Notes: generated by a model from the sequence alone, not told the origin. A stretch of 64,000 nucleotides of DNA from Terriglobales bacterium (GCA_025934735.1 JAICWP010000009.1:71640-135639), one strand, 5' to 3'; shown: positions 28,472 through 38,000, counted from the first letter of the stretch. Translations and numbers: made by a program.

Positions 28472-28833
28472 TGCGCTGGATTCTGGTGGCGTTGATTGTG
28501 GTCCCGGGCACAGTGGGCGACCTGCTCACCACCGTGGGCATGAAACGGCACGGAGAAGTGAACGACTTCAGTGTGCCCGGGTTGGCGAGGCTGGTCTGGC
28601 AGTTGTCGCGCAATCCTTACATCATTGTGGGCATCGTGGCCATGGCAATCCCGTTTTTCGCGCTCATGGACCTGCTCTCTATCGCCAAGCTGAGCTTCGC
28701 TGTGCCTGCAACAGCCTCCAGTTATTTGGTGGAGACGGCCCTGGCCAAGTACCTGCTCGGCGAAGAGGTGGGATGGAAACGCTGGGCGGGGGCATCACTG
28801 GTGGCCATCGGCGTGATGCTGATATCAATCTAG
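28468..28833 (+). CDS. Half-size DMT/EamA-like membrane protein (second of a pair)
   Basis: 121 aa. The start overlaps the upstream stop (ATGA at 28468). Ends with YLLGEEVGWKRWAGASLVAIGVMLI. Confidence 0.6.
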   Translation: MMRWILVALIVVPGTVGDLLTTVGMKRHGEVNDFSVPGLARLVWQLSRNPYIIVGIVAMAIPFFALMDLLSIAKLSFAVPATASSYLVETALAKYLLGEEVGWKRWAGASLVAIGVMLISI

Positions 28834-29896
28834 GCGATTCCGCGGTTTCAAGGGCCAACGCCTCAAAGCTTCGCCGCGATTCCGAAACACAGACGCAAGG
28901 CCACCCTAGTCGGGCGGAGGGGCCAGAATTTTCGCCCTTGCCGCTCAAGCCCAAAAGTACCAGGCCAGCCACAATGAGCAATGTAGCCACGGTTTTGCCG
29001 ACCAGCGTCCAGCCCCGAAAGTTCTCTTTCAGCCATTGCGGGCGCAGTTGAGTGAGCAGGTAGGCTCCGAGAAAGATCACGGCGTAGCGCACGCCGGAGA
29101 TGGCGTCCACCACCGCCGGATGAGCCAGATCAATGGCGTAAAAGACCAGGAACGAGCCCACCCCGGAAACGAACCGGTTAACGAAATACCAGAAACGGCT
29201 GCGCGGTTCGGCCCGCTCCGAGGTCAGGAAAATCTGCCGCCGCCAGGAGCGCCGTACCAGCAGAAGCGCCGAACCCAGGAACGTTCCCAGGGTAAAGATC
29301 ACATACCCGCTCACAAAGTTGGTGTGGTCAAATACCACCTTCTGCAGCACGTTGACCAGGCCGAACAATCCGGAGGAGAGCAGGATCGCGGGCAAAATCC
29401 GGCGGACGTTCAATTTTTCTGACAAAAACATGACAAAGCCGCCGATCACCAGCAGCGCAAACGCCAGCACGTGGCCGCGCGCCAGGTAGGGATGGCGCAG
29501 CAGGGGCAGCGCGATAAGCGCCGTGGCCACTGGGGAGAAGCCACCCATAACCGCCAGAGTTTGCGACGCTTCGCCACGCTTGAGGGCGGCGTAATAGAAC
29601 CAAATAGCGGCCAAATGCAGAATGCCGGTGCACAGAGCCAGGGCAGCGATTCCCATGCTCGGCCAGTGAAAACCAAAAGGAGCCAGGAGCAGGCCGAAGA
29701 TGCTGATGGCGCCCAGCCAGAACACGTACGAGACCAGGTTCTGGGTTTCCGGTTGCTTGAGCAGCACCTTGTCCCAGACCAGCGAGATGCCGATCAAGCC
29801 GTTGGAAATGATGGCAATAAAGACGCCGTTGCGCAGGAAATCAAGGCTGGGGGGCAGCCAAGCCGCCAACGCCGCGTCATGAAGAATAGGGATCAT
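28679..29896 (-). CDS. Full-length DMT/EamA-family transporter (C-terminal tail of doubtful reality)
   Basis: About 10 TM segments up to ...LLIVAGLVLLGLSGKG (near 28945). The ORF then continues about 85 codons (R/P/S/W-rich) to the first stop at 28679, running 155 nt into the convergent gene 28468..28833. Confidence 0.6.
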   Translation of the reverse strand: MIPILHDAALAAWLPPSLDFLRNGVFIAIISNGLIGISLVWDKVLLKQPETQNLVSYVFWLGAISIFGLLLAPFGFHWPSMGIAALALCTGILHLAAIWFYYAALKRGEASQTLAVMGGFSPVATALIALPLLRHPYLARGHVLAFALLVIGGFVMFLSEKLNVRRILPAILLSSGLFGLVNVLQKVVFDHTNFVSGYVIFTLGTFLGSALLLVRRSWRRQIFLTSERAEPRSRFWYFVNRFVSGVGSFLVFYAIDLAHPAVVDAISGVRYAVIFLGAYLLTQLRPQWLKENFRGWTLVGKTVATLLIVAGLVLLGLSGKGENSGPSARLGWPCVCVSESRRSFEALALETAESPRLISASRRWPPVMPPPSVSIPPLRRAGTWPGPSPPNNWRLLQAQRSSAWR

Positions 29897-29918
29897 GCGG
29901 GGCGCCGAACCGGATACG

Positions 29919-30371
29919 TCACGCCGATTGTTGCAGCGGGGTAGAGGTGTCAGTGGGGAAGAGCACGGGCTGAAGGAGAACGCGCCGGGCCTCGTCCAAA
30001 GTCAGCGCCTGGTCGGCGGAGAATAACTCTGCCTGGCCGGCGGGTGAAGGGCGAATGGAAAAGAAACCTCCGTCAGGAGCCGGTACTTCCTCGCGCACGG
30101 CGTCAAAGTTGTAGCGGACATGACGGTCGCGAATGCCGGCTTCAATCCGGACCTGCAGCCCGGTGGCGGGATCGGAAACCGCAACCTGCTCTACGCCGGT
30201 GGCGTCGAAAATGGCCGCGCCACCCAAGCGGTTGTATTCATTGATGTCGGCCTGAAGGCCCTCGCGGAGTTCCAGCCAGAGATTGGCCACCGCCTGCTGG
30301 CGGTCCTGGTCGCTGGCTTGCGGGGCCTGCGGCGGTCGCCGCCGGGAAAATTCTTGTGTGATCCAGCCCAT
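29919..30371 (-). CDS. Hypothetical protein
   Basis: Start set at ATG 30371 (MGWITQEFSRRRPP...). 150 aa with protein-like composition. No family recognised. Confidence 0.45.
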   Translation of the reverse strand: MGWITQEFSRRRPPQAPQASDQDRQQAVANLWLELREGLQADINEYNRLGGAAIFDATGVEQVAVSDPATGLQVRIEAGIRDRHVRYNFDAVREEVPAPDGGFFSIRPSPAGQAELFSADQALTLDEARRVLLQPVLFPTDTSTPLQQSA

Positions 30372-30736
30372 GGATAGCAATGTGTTGCTCCTAAAGGACG
30401 CTGAGTTGCCACAACGACCACCGCCGAGAGCTAAGTTGAAGGCGAATTTTCCACATCCCGGGGCGACTCTCGTCATCTAACCAAATACGGAATCTTTCGC
30501 CCCAGGGGAGCCGGGTAGGCCGCTGGACGGGGCTTCTGGACGGGGGTATAGTCGCCGTTAACAGCTGCCCTGAATTGTCCTGGGAGTCAGCGCCGGCCCA
30601 CACAGGGAGCCAGAAGAGGCTAGGTGGACAACTATCGCAGAACGCTCCTGCCTCTAAGTAGGTGAGGACCAGCAAAATCGGCCACTGGTCAGGAGCTCCG
30701 GGGCAGCCCAGTTTGTTCGCAGCAAGAGGTAATTTT

Positions 30737-31741
30737 ATGATTCGCCGTACAATTTCCGCAGCTACGGCCCTGCTTTTCCTGTTTGGCACTTATGCGGCTT
30801 GGGCCGCCAACGAGAGCACGGTCAAGACCTACCACGATGGCAGCATCCGCGACATCGCCGCCATCGGCAACCGCAATGTAGGCTGCGGTGAAGGGGTGGG
30901 AAACTGGTACAGCATCGAGAAACAGGTGCAGATGGGTAAGCAGTTCGCCGCCCAGGTGGAGTCGAGTGTAAAGCTCATCAATGACCCGGTGGTCACGGAA
31001 TACGTGAACCGCATCGGGCAGAACCTGGTGCGCAACTCCGATGCCAAGGTACCCTTCACCATCAAGGTAATTGATTCCGACCAGGTCAACGCTTTCGCTC
31101 TGCCCGGCGGCTTTTTTTACGTCAACTCCGGGCTGCTGCTGGCGGCCGATAATGAAGCCGAGCTGGCGGGCGTGATGGCGCACGAGATTGCCCACGTAGC
31201 CGCCTGCCACGCGGCCCGGGAACAGACCCGCGGCCAATTGGTGAATTTGGCGTCCATTCCCCTTATTTTCGTGGGGGGCGGCATCGGCTATGCGGTGCAA
31301 AGCGCCGCCGGCCTGGCTTTGCCAGTTACCTTCCTGCGTTTTTCGCGCGGATTTGAGGCGGAAGCCGATTACCTGGGCCTGCAGTACATGTATAAGAGCG
31401 GCTACGACCCGCAGTCGTTCATCGCCTTCTTCGAGAAGCTGAAGGCACAGGAGAAGAAGAAGCCGGGATTCCTGGCCAAAGCCTTTGACACGCACCCCCA
31501 GACGCCGGACCGGATTGGAAAGTCACAGGCGGAGATCGCACACCTGCTGCCGCCCCGCCAGGAGTACATCGAGGACACCTCGGAATTCGAAGACGTAAAG
31601 GCGCGCCTCGCCAACATCGAAAACCGCCACAAGATCCAGAACCCCAAGGACAACCGGCCGACGCTACGGCGGACCAACGGACCCGACGATCAGAAGAAGG
31701 ATGATGGGCGGCCTACGCTGAAGAAGCGGGGCGACAGCTAA
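30737..31741 (+). CDS. Secreted M48-family zinc metalloprotease (BepA/Ste24-like)
   Basis: Start set at ATG 30737 (MIRRTISAATALLFLFGTYAAWA). Contains NAFALPGGFFYVNSGLL, MAHEIAHV, FSRGFEAEADYLG and THPQTPDR. Confidence 0.85.
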   Translation: MIRRTISAATALLFLFGTYAAWAANESTVKTYHDGSIRDIAAIGNRNVGCGEGVGNWYSIEKQVQMGKQFAAQVESSVKLINDPVVTEYVNRIGQNLVRNSDAKVPFTIKVIDSDQVNAFALPGGFFYVNSGLLLAADNEAELAGVMAHEIAHVAACHAAREQTRGQLVNLASIPLIFVGGGIGYAVQSAAGLALPVTFLRFSRGFEAEADYLGLQYMYKSGYDPQSFIAFFEKLKAQEKKKPGFLAKAFDTHPQTPDRIGKSQAEIAHLLPPRQEYIEDTSEFEDVKARLANIENRHKIQNPKDNRPTLRRTNGPDDQKKDDGRPTLKKRGDS

Positions 31742-31768
31742 CACAAGAGGCTGGCAAGAGTTGTCCAA

Positions 31769-31800
31769 GCGCAGGGGCGCGAGCCTCTGCGCTTTTTTAT
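31769..31800 (+). terminator. Rho-independent terminator after the M48 protease gene
   Basis: GCGCAGGGG-CGCGAG-CCTCTGCGC (9-bp stem including one G.U pair) followed by TTTTTTAT. Confidence 0.75.
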
Positions 31801-31970
31801 TGTGGGAGTTCCGAGAGCCGGCCAGCGTAAGCCTCGGCGTGCAGGTCAGTCCAGTGTTCTGTTACAAGAAAAGTTCGTGTTACGATTGAATTCCAGGCAT
31901 CCCATCTGTTTACCTGGTAATCGCATTCTGGTATGCCTCCCGGCAACAGAGCACATCTTGAGAAAGAAGA

Positions 31971-33473
31971 TTGAGCACGCCCATGAAAGAGAAAGTCGTC
32001 CGCCTTGGTTATCCTGCAGCCATTCTGGTAGCGGCAGTTTTCCTGGTAATCGGAGGAGTGCTGGGCTGGGTGATTCCGGCCTCAGCCGGCATGCGCAACA
32101 GCAATGGCGTCGTGCCGGTGTACGTCAATGCGGTCGGCCCCAGCGGGGCGCCGAACAGCATGGGCTTTGCCGACGTGATCAAGCCGGTATTGCCCGCCGT
32201 GGTGAACATCTCGTCTTCGCGGCTGGTGAAATCGCAGGGCAACCAGCTCAATCCATTTTTCAATAGTCCCTTTTTCCAGCAGTTTTTTGGCGGGCAGATG
32301 CCGCAGCCGCGTGCGCAGCGCGAGGAGGCTCTCGGATCGGGTGTCATCATCACTCATGACGGCTACATCCTTACCAATAATCACGTGGTGGACAAGGCGA
32401 CACAGGTCAAGGTGTTCCTGTCCAACAAGCAGGAGTACCCGGCCAAGGTGGTGGGCACCGACTCTAAGACCGACATTGCCGTACTGAAGATCCAGGCAAA
32501 CAACCTGCCGACGGTCACCTTCGGGGATTCTTCCAAGCTGCAGATCGGCGATTACACCCTTGCTATCGGGGATCCGTTCGGCATCGGCGAGACGGTGACC
32601 ATGGGAATTGTGAGCGCCACCGCCCGCAGCCAGCTCGGTATTGAGAACTACGAGGACTTCATCCAGACCGATGCAGCCATCAATCCGGGCAACTCCGGAG
32701 GCGCGCTGATCAACGCACGCGGCGAACTGATCGGCATTAACACCGCCATCTTGTCTGGCGGCACCGGCGGAAACCAGGGCATCGGCTTCGCCATTCCCAT
32801 CAATCTGGCGCGTTACATCATGGGCCAGATTCTCAAGTACGGGAAGGTGACGCGGGGCTGGCTGGGGGTCGGCATCCAGGACGTCTCGGCGCCGGTAGCT
32901 AAGGCTTACGGTGTCCCCGCCAACCAGGGAGCCATTGTCAGCGATGTGCAGCCCGACAGCCCGGCCGCCAAAGCTGGCCTGCAGCGCGGTGACGTGATCA
33001 CGCAACTGGATGGGCAGCCGGTACAAGGGGCTAACGATCTGAAGCTGAAGATCGGCGAAATGCGGCCAGGCACGACGGCGCATCTCAAGGTCTCGCGCAA
33101 CGGAACGCCGCACGATATCACGATGACCTTGGGCGAGGAGCCCAAGAGGCAGCAGGAAGGGCAGGGGGCGCCAGGCGGGCAGCCGGAAGGGCTGATGCAG
33201 GGCGTTGATGTGCAGGACCTGACTCCCGATATCCTGCAGCAACTGGGCTTACCCTCGGCCACCAAGGGCGTAGTGGTGGTGCAGGTGGCGCCGGGAAGCG
33301 CCGGAGAAGCAGCGGGCCTGCAGCGCGGCGACGTCATCGAGCAGGTGAATCGCCACCCGGTGGACAGCGTTTCCCAATATCGCCGTGAGATTAGGATGGC
33401 GGGCAATCAATCCATTGTGCTGCTGGTGAACCGGGGTGGGACCACCCGCTTTGTGGTGGTGCAAGCGCCCTAG
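31971..33473 (+). CDS. Periplasmic serine endoprotease DegP/HtrA family (two PDZ domains)
   Basis: Catalytic blocks TNNHVV, TDIAVLKI and GNSGGALIN. Two PDZ-like segments (GAIVSDVQPDSPAAKAGLQRGDVI and GVVVVQVAPGSAGEAAGLQRGDVI). Start uncertain: TTG 31971 or ATG 31983. Confidence 0.9.
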   Translation: MSTPMKEKVVRLGYPAAILVAAVFLVIGGVLGWVIPASAGMRNSNGVVPVYVNAVGPSGAPNSMGFADVIKPVLPAVVNISSSRLVKSQGNQLNPFFNSPFFQQFFGGQMPQPRAQREEALGSGVIITHDGYILTNNHVVDKATQVKVFLSNKQEYPAKVVGTDSKTDIAVLKIQANNLPTVTFGDSSKLQIGDYTLAIGDPFGIGETVTMGIVSATARSQLGIENYEDFIQTDAAINPGNSGGALINARGELIGINTAILSGGTGGNQGIGFAIPINLARYIMGQILKYGKVTRGWLGVGIQDVSAPVAKAYGVPANQGAIVSDVQPDSPAAKAGLQRGDVITQLDGQPVQGANDLKLKIGEMRPGTTAHLKVSRNGTPHDITMTLGEEPKRQQEGQGAPGGQPEGLMQGVDVQDLTPDILQQLGLPSATKGVVVVQVAPGSAGEAAGLQRGDVIEQVNRHPVDSVSQYRREIRMAGNQSIVLLVNRGGTTRFVVVQAP

Positions 33474-33508
33474 GAAGGTGTGCAGCCTGAGTTAAAGGCA
33501 ATTCTCGG

Positions 33509-33529
33509 GGACGGGGCTTCGCCCCGTCC
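33509..33529 (+). terminator. Possible terminator hairpin after degP-like gene (no clear U-tract)
   Basis: GGACGGGGC-TTC-GCCCCGTCC, a 9-bp stem lying 36 nt after the stop. Confidence 0.4.
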
Positions 33530-33749
33530 TCATGGAATTTGCCCAGACCTACAATTACTTTTAAGCGAGCACGCCCGCGATCCGCAAAATGGACCGTGAA
33601 GTCGTCTAAGCCGGAGCAAACCGCCGGAGGCAGAAATCGAGGTTAGGCCAGGGGATTAGCGGCCAGGCGGCTTACTCTGTACTGGCTCGCTCGTTCTCGC
33701 CTGTGATAACTTGCCTGTACGGACCCCAGAAAACTGAAAACCGGAGCCT

Positions 33750-34304
33750 GTGATGGCCCTGATCATTTTTTTAATCGTCATCGTTCTGGTGGTGGGCTTC
33801 TTCATCGCCATGTACAACGGCCTGATCCGTTTGCGCGTGCGCGCGGACGCCTCCTGGTCGGATATTGACGTGCAGCTTAAGCGGCGACACGACCTTATTC
33901 CCAACCTGGTGGAAACGGTGAAAGGCTATGCCGCCCACGAAAAAGGCACTTTCGAGAACATCGCCAAATACCGCTCGGCAGCCATGACCGCCACGTCACC
34001 GGCGGATCGGTCGGTGGCCGAAGGGCAGCTGACGCAAGCTCTGCGCGGCTTGCTGGCAGTGGCGGAGAATTACCCGCAATTGCGCGCCTCCGAAGAGTTC
34101 ACCGCGTTGCAAGGGCAGCTGACGCAGACGGAAGATAACATCCAGAACGCCCGCCGCTACTACAACGCCGTGGTGCGCGACTTCAATACCAAGCTGCAGA
34201 CTTTTCCCACCAACGTTTTCGGCAATATGCTGGGATTCCAGCCACGCCAGTATTTCGAACTGGAAACACCGGCTGACCGCGAGAACGTTGTTGTGAAGTT
34301 CTAA
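33750..34304 (+). CDS. lemA: LemA-family protein
   Basis: N-terminal TM segment, then YNGLIRLRVRADASWSDIDVQLKRRHDLIPNLVETVKGYAAHEK...NYPQLRASEEF..LQ.QL..TE..I...RRYYN..V..FN. Confidence 0.9.
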   Translation: MMALIIFLIVIVLVVGFFIAMYNGLIRLRVRADASWSDIDVQLKRRHDLIPNLVETVKGYAAHEKGTFENIAKYRSAAMTATSPADRSVAEGQLTQALRGLLAVAENYPQLRASEEFTALQGQLTQTEDNIQNARRYYNAVVRDFNTKLQTFPTNVFGNMLGFQPRQYFELETPADRENVVVKF

Positions 34305-36058
34305 TGCTGGGCAGAACGAAGTTCGCGAAGTCAGCACCCTGGCTGCGCGTGTTGCTTCTGTGCTGCCTGGCGCTGGCCGCCTTGCCCGCCGCGGCGGAAT
34401 GGCGCATCACCGACTTTCATTCCACGGTGAACCTTGACCGCAAGGGCAGGGCCAATGTCAGCGAGCGTATCGGCCTGGCCTTCAACGGCACCTACCACGG
34501 CATCTACCGTGATATTCCGCTCGAGTATCCGGGACCGCACGGCACCCATTACACCCTGTTTCTGAATATCACCGGGATCACGGATGGCTCCGGCAACCAA
34601 CTTAAATACGACTCCAGCATCCGCAACGGCTATCGCCACCTGAAGATCTACATTCCCGGGGCGGAGGACACCACCAAGACGGTGGAGATTGACTACAGCA
34701 TCCCCAACGCGGTTCGCTATTTTCCCAGCTACGACGAGTTCTACTGGAACGTGACCGGCAACGACTGGCCCGTACCCATTGACCGCGCTTCCGCTTTTGT
34801 GCACCTCCCGGAAAGCGCCGCAGGCAGCCTGCGGGCCCAGGCTTTCACTGGCCTGTACGGCTCCATTGGCCACGACGCCACGGGGGAAGTGAACGGCGCC
34901 AATGCGCGCTTCGAGACCACGAGTCCGCTCCCGATGCGGGGTGGCCTGACCATTGACATTTACATTCCAAAAGGCATTCTGCAACAGCCTGGACCGCTGA
35001 CCCGGGCGAGCTGGTTCTTGCGCAGCAACCCTCTGGTGCTGCTGCCGCCCTGGGCTTTCGTGGTGATGTTCTGCCTGTGGTGGTTCAAAGGCCGCGATCC
35101 CAACCCGGGGCTCTCAGTGGCTCCCATGTACGGGCCGCCCACGGACATGACGCCGGCGGAGGTGGGCTCGCTAATTGATGACACGGTCAATCCCCGCGAC
35201 ATCACCTCCACCATTGTGGACCTGGCGGTGCGCGGCTTCATCAAGATTGAAGAGACGGTGGACAAGGGGTTAGTGTTCCACCATAAGGACTACATTTTTC
35301 ATCTGCTCATTCCGCAGCCCAAGTGGACGGGCCTGGCGCCGCACGAGCAGGTCATGCTAAAAAATATTTTTGCCGGCGAGGTGAACGAAACCCGCCTTTC
35401 CAGCCTGAAGAACCGCTTCTACACTGCCATTCCGGTCATTCGCGACGACATCATGTCAGCCCTGCGACGCAAGGGCATGTACCTGATTGACCCAGAGTCC
35501 GCCAATGCCTACCTGCTGGGCGGAGCAATACTGGTGGCCGCGCCATTCATCCTGCTGGCCGTGACCGGCACAGCTGATGTTTTTGGGTCGGTACCGATTG
35601 CCGTTGTGACCATCCTGGTGGCTGCGCTGATCGTGTGGCTGTTCGGGCGCCGGATGACCTGCAAGACCTTGAAGGGGGCGCGCACCCGGGTTGCTATCCT
35701 CGGTTTTGAGGAATTCATGAACCGGGTGGATGCCGACCGCATTAAGCGCATGCCCCCGGACACGTTTGAGAAGTTCCTGCCTTTCGCTATGGCACTGGGA
35801 GTAGAGCACCACTGGGCCCAGGCCTTTGCTGGAATCGTGCAGAACCCACCCACCTGGTATGTCTCTCCTAACGGCGTCATGTTCAACCCCATCCTGTTCT
35901 CCAGCAGCATACATAGCATGTCGTACGACATGAACCAGGTGTTTGTCTCCGCACCCCGAGCCAGTTCCAGCGGTTCCGGCTGGAGTGGCGGAGGGTTTGG
36001 CGGGGGTGGCGGCTTCTCTGGCGGGGGCTTCGGCGGCGGCGGCGGCGGGGCCTTCTGA
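34304..36058 (+). CDS. DUF2207-domain membrane protein (LemA partner) with Gly-rich C-terminus
   Basis: The start overlaps the lemA stop (TAATG). Signal peptide, a large extracytoplasmic domain, TM segments and a tail SGWSGGGFGGGGGFSGGGFGGGGGGAF. Confidence 0.8.
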   Translation: MLGRTKFAKSAPWLRVLLLCCLALAALPAAAEWRITDFHSTVNLDRKGRANVSERIGLAFNGTYHGIYRDIPLEYPGPHGTHYTLFLNITGITDGSGNQLKYDSSIRNGYRHLKIYIPGAEDTTKTVEIDYSIPNAVRYFPSYDEFYWNVTGNDWPVPIDRASAFVHLPESAAGSLRAQAFTGLYGSIGHDATGEVNGANARFETTSPLPMRGGLTIDIYIPKGILQQPGPLTRASWFLRSNPLVLLPPWAFVVMFCLWWFKGRDPNPGLSVAPMYGPPTDMTPAEVGSLIDDTVNPRDITSTIVDLAVRGFIKIEETVDKGLVFHHKDYIFHLLIPQPKWTGLAPHEQVMLKNIFAGEVNETRLSSLKNRFYTAIPVIRDDIMSALRRKGMYLIDPESANAYLLGGAILVAAPFILLAVTGTADVFGSVPIAVVTILVAALIVWLFGRRMTCKTLKGARTRVAILGFEEFMNRVDADRIKRMPPDTFEKFLPFAMALGVEHHWAQAFAGIVQNPPTWYVSPNGVMFNPILFSSSIHSMSYDMNQVFVSAPRASSSGSGWSGGGFGGGGGFSGGGFGGGGGGAF

Positions 36059-36247
36059 TCTAAGCTGCGATGTGCGCTGCTGCACGCGAGAGTCTCCCGT
36101 TCTTCAGCAGCGCCCTCCAGCAACACGGCCCTGTGCTGGCCGTGGTACCCGCTTCTCTCCGGCAATCCAGACGCCTGCAAACACCGCGCGTCATATCCAC
36201 ATCCAATGTCAAGAGAAGGGAAAGGTTCTCGGCGGAAAGGAATAATC

Positions 36248-36778
36248 ATGGCTGAAACCAAACGTACGGAAGAGATGCTGCCCCCGGATGTGCCGGTTTT
36301 GGATCCGGAGCGGGAATTGCCGGAAGGTACGCCCAGTAACCCTCGCCTGAACGAAGCGGCAGAGGCCATCGGTGGCGCTCTGGGCACCGCGACGCGCCAG
36401 GTCCAGAACGCGCGTGAGCGGTTTACCGTGATCCGGGGCGGTGGAGAGGGTGGCCCCTCCAGCACTGAGCAGCTGAAGCAAACGGCTCGAGAGAAAGTTG
36501 AAGACGTCCAGGAGAAATTGGGAGAGCTTAAGGAGCGGGCCAGCGCCGCCGTCGAGCAGGCCAGGATCCAGGCCACGGCCAAGCTGGAGGAGGCCAGAGT
36601 TAAGGCTTCGCGACTGGCGCAGAGTGCCAGGGATTCGGCGACCGAACGCGCCCGCATGGTTCGCTGGCGCGCCGTGCGCCTTACCAACGAGCGGCCCCTG
36701 GCGGTCATAGGAGCTATCGGCGGAGCGGCTTTTTTGTTGGGTATCTTTTTGCGGCTGGGAAGGGGGAGACGTGGCTGA
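36248..36778 (+). CDS. ElaB/YqjD-like (DUF883) C-tail-anchored membrane protein
   Basis: ATG 36248. Coiled, charged body (EKVEDVQEKLGELKERASAAVEQARIQATAKLEEARVKA) and C-terminal anchor ERPLAVIGAIGGAAFLLGIFLRLGR. Confidence 0.6.
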   Translation: MAETKRTEEMLPPDVPVLDPERELPEGTPSNPRLNEAAEAIGGALGTATRQVQNARERFTVIRGGGEGGPSSTEQLKQTAREKVEDVQEKLGELKERASAAVEQARIQATAKLEEARVKASRLAQSARDSATERARMVRWRAVRLTNERPLAVIGAIGGAAFLLGIFLRLGRGRRG

Positions 36779-37196
36779 TCAGAGCGTCAATTTTAACGGG
36801 CGAAGCTTTGCCGGAGTCGTGAACGAGGTCAAGGATGAGCTGAAGGAATTCCTGCAGACCCGCATCACCATGTTGAAGGCGGAATTGGGCGAGAAAATGC
36901 GCACCTTCAAAACCGCCCTTCCGATGATAGCCACTGCTGTTGTGTTCTTAACAACAGCTTTCGTGCTGTTCACCCTCTGCCTGGTGGGGCTGATTTCTGT
37001 TGCGTTTTACGGCAATCCGTTCCGCTGGTTCTTGTCCTTCATCATTGTGGCCGTGCTGTACTCCATTGTGGGAGGCATGGCGGCGGCGTTTGGGCTGAAG
37101 GAACTGCGTGCCCAGGGGCTGATGCCCAAGAAAACCATCAAGGTGCTGAAAGAAGATCAAATCTGGCTGCAGCATGAAGCGAGGACCCAAGTATGA
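36771..37196 (+). CDS. Phage-holin-family / YqjE-like (DUF1469) membrane protein
   Basis: GTG start overlaps the upstream stop by 8 nt. N-terminal amphipathic helix plus two TM segments (ALPMIATAVVFLTTAFVLFTLCLVGLI; FLSFIIVAVLYSIVGGMAAAFGL). Confidence 0.6.
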   Translation: MADQSVNFNGRSFAGVVNEVKDELKEFLQTRITMLKAELGEKMRTFKTALPMIATAVVFLTTAFVLFTLCLVGLISVAFYGNPFRWFLSFIIVAVLYSIVGGMAAAFGLKELRAQGLMPKKTIKVLKEDQIWLQHEARTQV

Positions 37197-37411
37197 GCGC
37201 GAGCAACATTCCTACTGATCTGCTGGAACTGCAGGCGGCCGAGCAACGCCGCCGACTGCATAACTCCGTAGCCGAACTGCGCGTGCAAATGCGGGAGAAG
37301 CTGGACCTGCGGCGCAATGCCCGGCGCTACTTCTGGCCGGCTTCGGCGGTGGTCGGCGTGTGCGGACTGATGCTGGGTTACGGCTTCGGCGGCATCCTCA
37401 CGCGTGACTAA
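37193..37411 (+). CDS. YqjK-like small membrane protein
   Basis: ATGA overlap with the upstream stop. 72 aa: LELQAAEQRRRL... followed by one TM segment. Confidence 0.45.
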   Translation: MSASNIPTDLLELQAAEQRRRLHNSVAELRVQMREKLDLRRNARRYFWPASAVVGVCGLMLGYGFGGILTRD

Positions 37412-37647
37412 TTAACGAGTGCGTTGCGAGCACCGGATACCAAGTTCCGGGTCCGGAACTCCCGGGCTCGCCAATGGCTCGGAAGTGCTAGGTACTCCCT
37501 TAGTTACTAAAGTCATGGGAACCTACGTGCTTAAGCCTTGTGGTACATCTCTCCTTTATTCCCGGCTTCCGCCGTGGTATAAGGCTTGCCAGCACTAAAC
37601 TCACAACCCAGTAGGGCCTGTAAAAAGGCCAAACGGGAGGAGGTCCC

Positions 37648-37980
37648 GTGGCGGAAAACCGGACGGGGAAGCGTTTCCCTCTGCAACTGCCAATTCGTGT
37701 TCATAAAGCGGAAGCCGGCGCCGAGCATAAGGCGGTGACCGGTAACCTGAGCGCCGCCGGAGTTTACATCCAGGGAGATGCTTCGCTGGATGTCGGGTCC
37801 CAGGTAGAGTTTGAAATCACCTTGCCGCCGGAGGTAACCGGCAGCGATCACAACGTGACCATCCAGGGCCGCGGGCGGGTAGTACGCACCGACACCCCGC
37901 CGAAGGGCCGCAACGGAGACAAAAATTTTCGTGGGGTGGCCTGCGTGATTGATTCGTACGAGTTCGTTCGCAATACATAG
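37648..37980 (+). CDS. Stand-alone PilZ-domain protein (complete c-di-GMP motifs)
   Basis: GTG start after a GGGAGGAGG RBS. R-T-G-K-R fits RxxxR and N-L-S-A-A-G fits D/NxSxxG. Paralog of 13337..13654. Confidence 0.8.
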   Translation: MAENRTGKRFPLQLPIRVHKAEAGAEHKAVTGNLSAAGVYIQGDASLDVGSQVEFEITLPPEVTGSDHNVTIQGRGRVVRTDTPPKGRNGDKNFRGVACVIDSYEFVRNT

Positions 37981-38000
37981 CACAGCGGAGGCTGCGCGCC

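Noticed and set aside
35509-36708. 399-aa minus-strand ORF, and similar long ORFs at 39272..40516, 47198..48577, 32082..33242, 51625..52818, 60803..61921, 62187..63077, 14324..15397 and 42909..43907
   Set aside because: Each is antisense to or out of frame with a gene that has clear family motifs (DUF2207, STK, OMP, DegP, Tdh, TolC, MFP, amidohydrolase, PruA). None shows motifs of its own.
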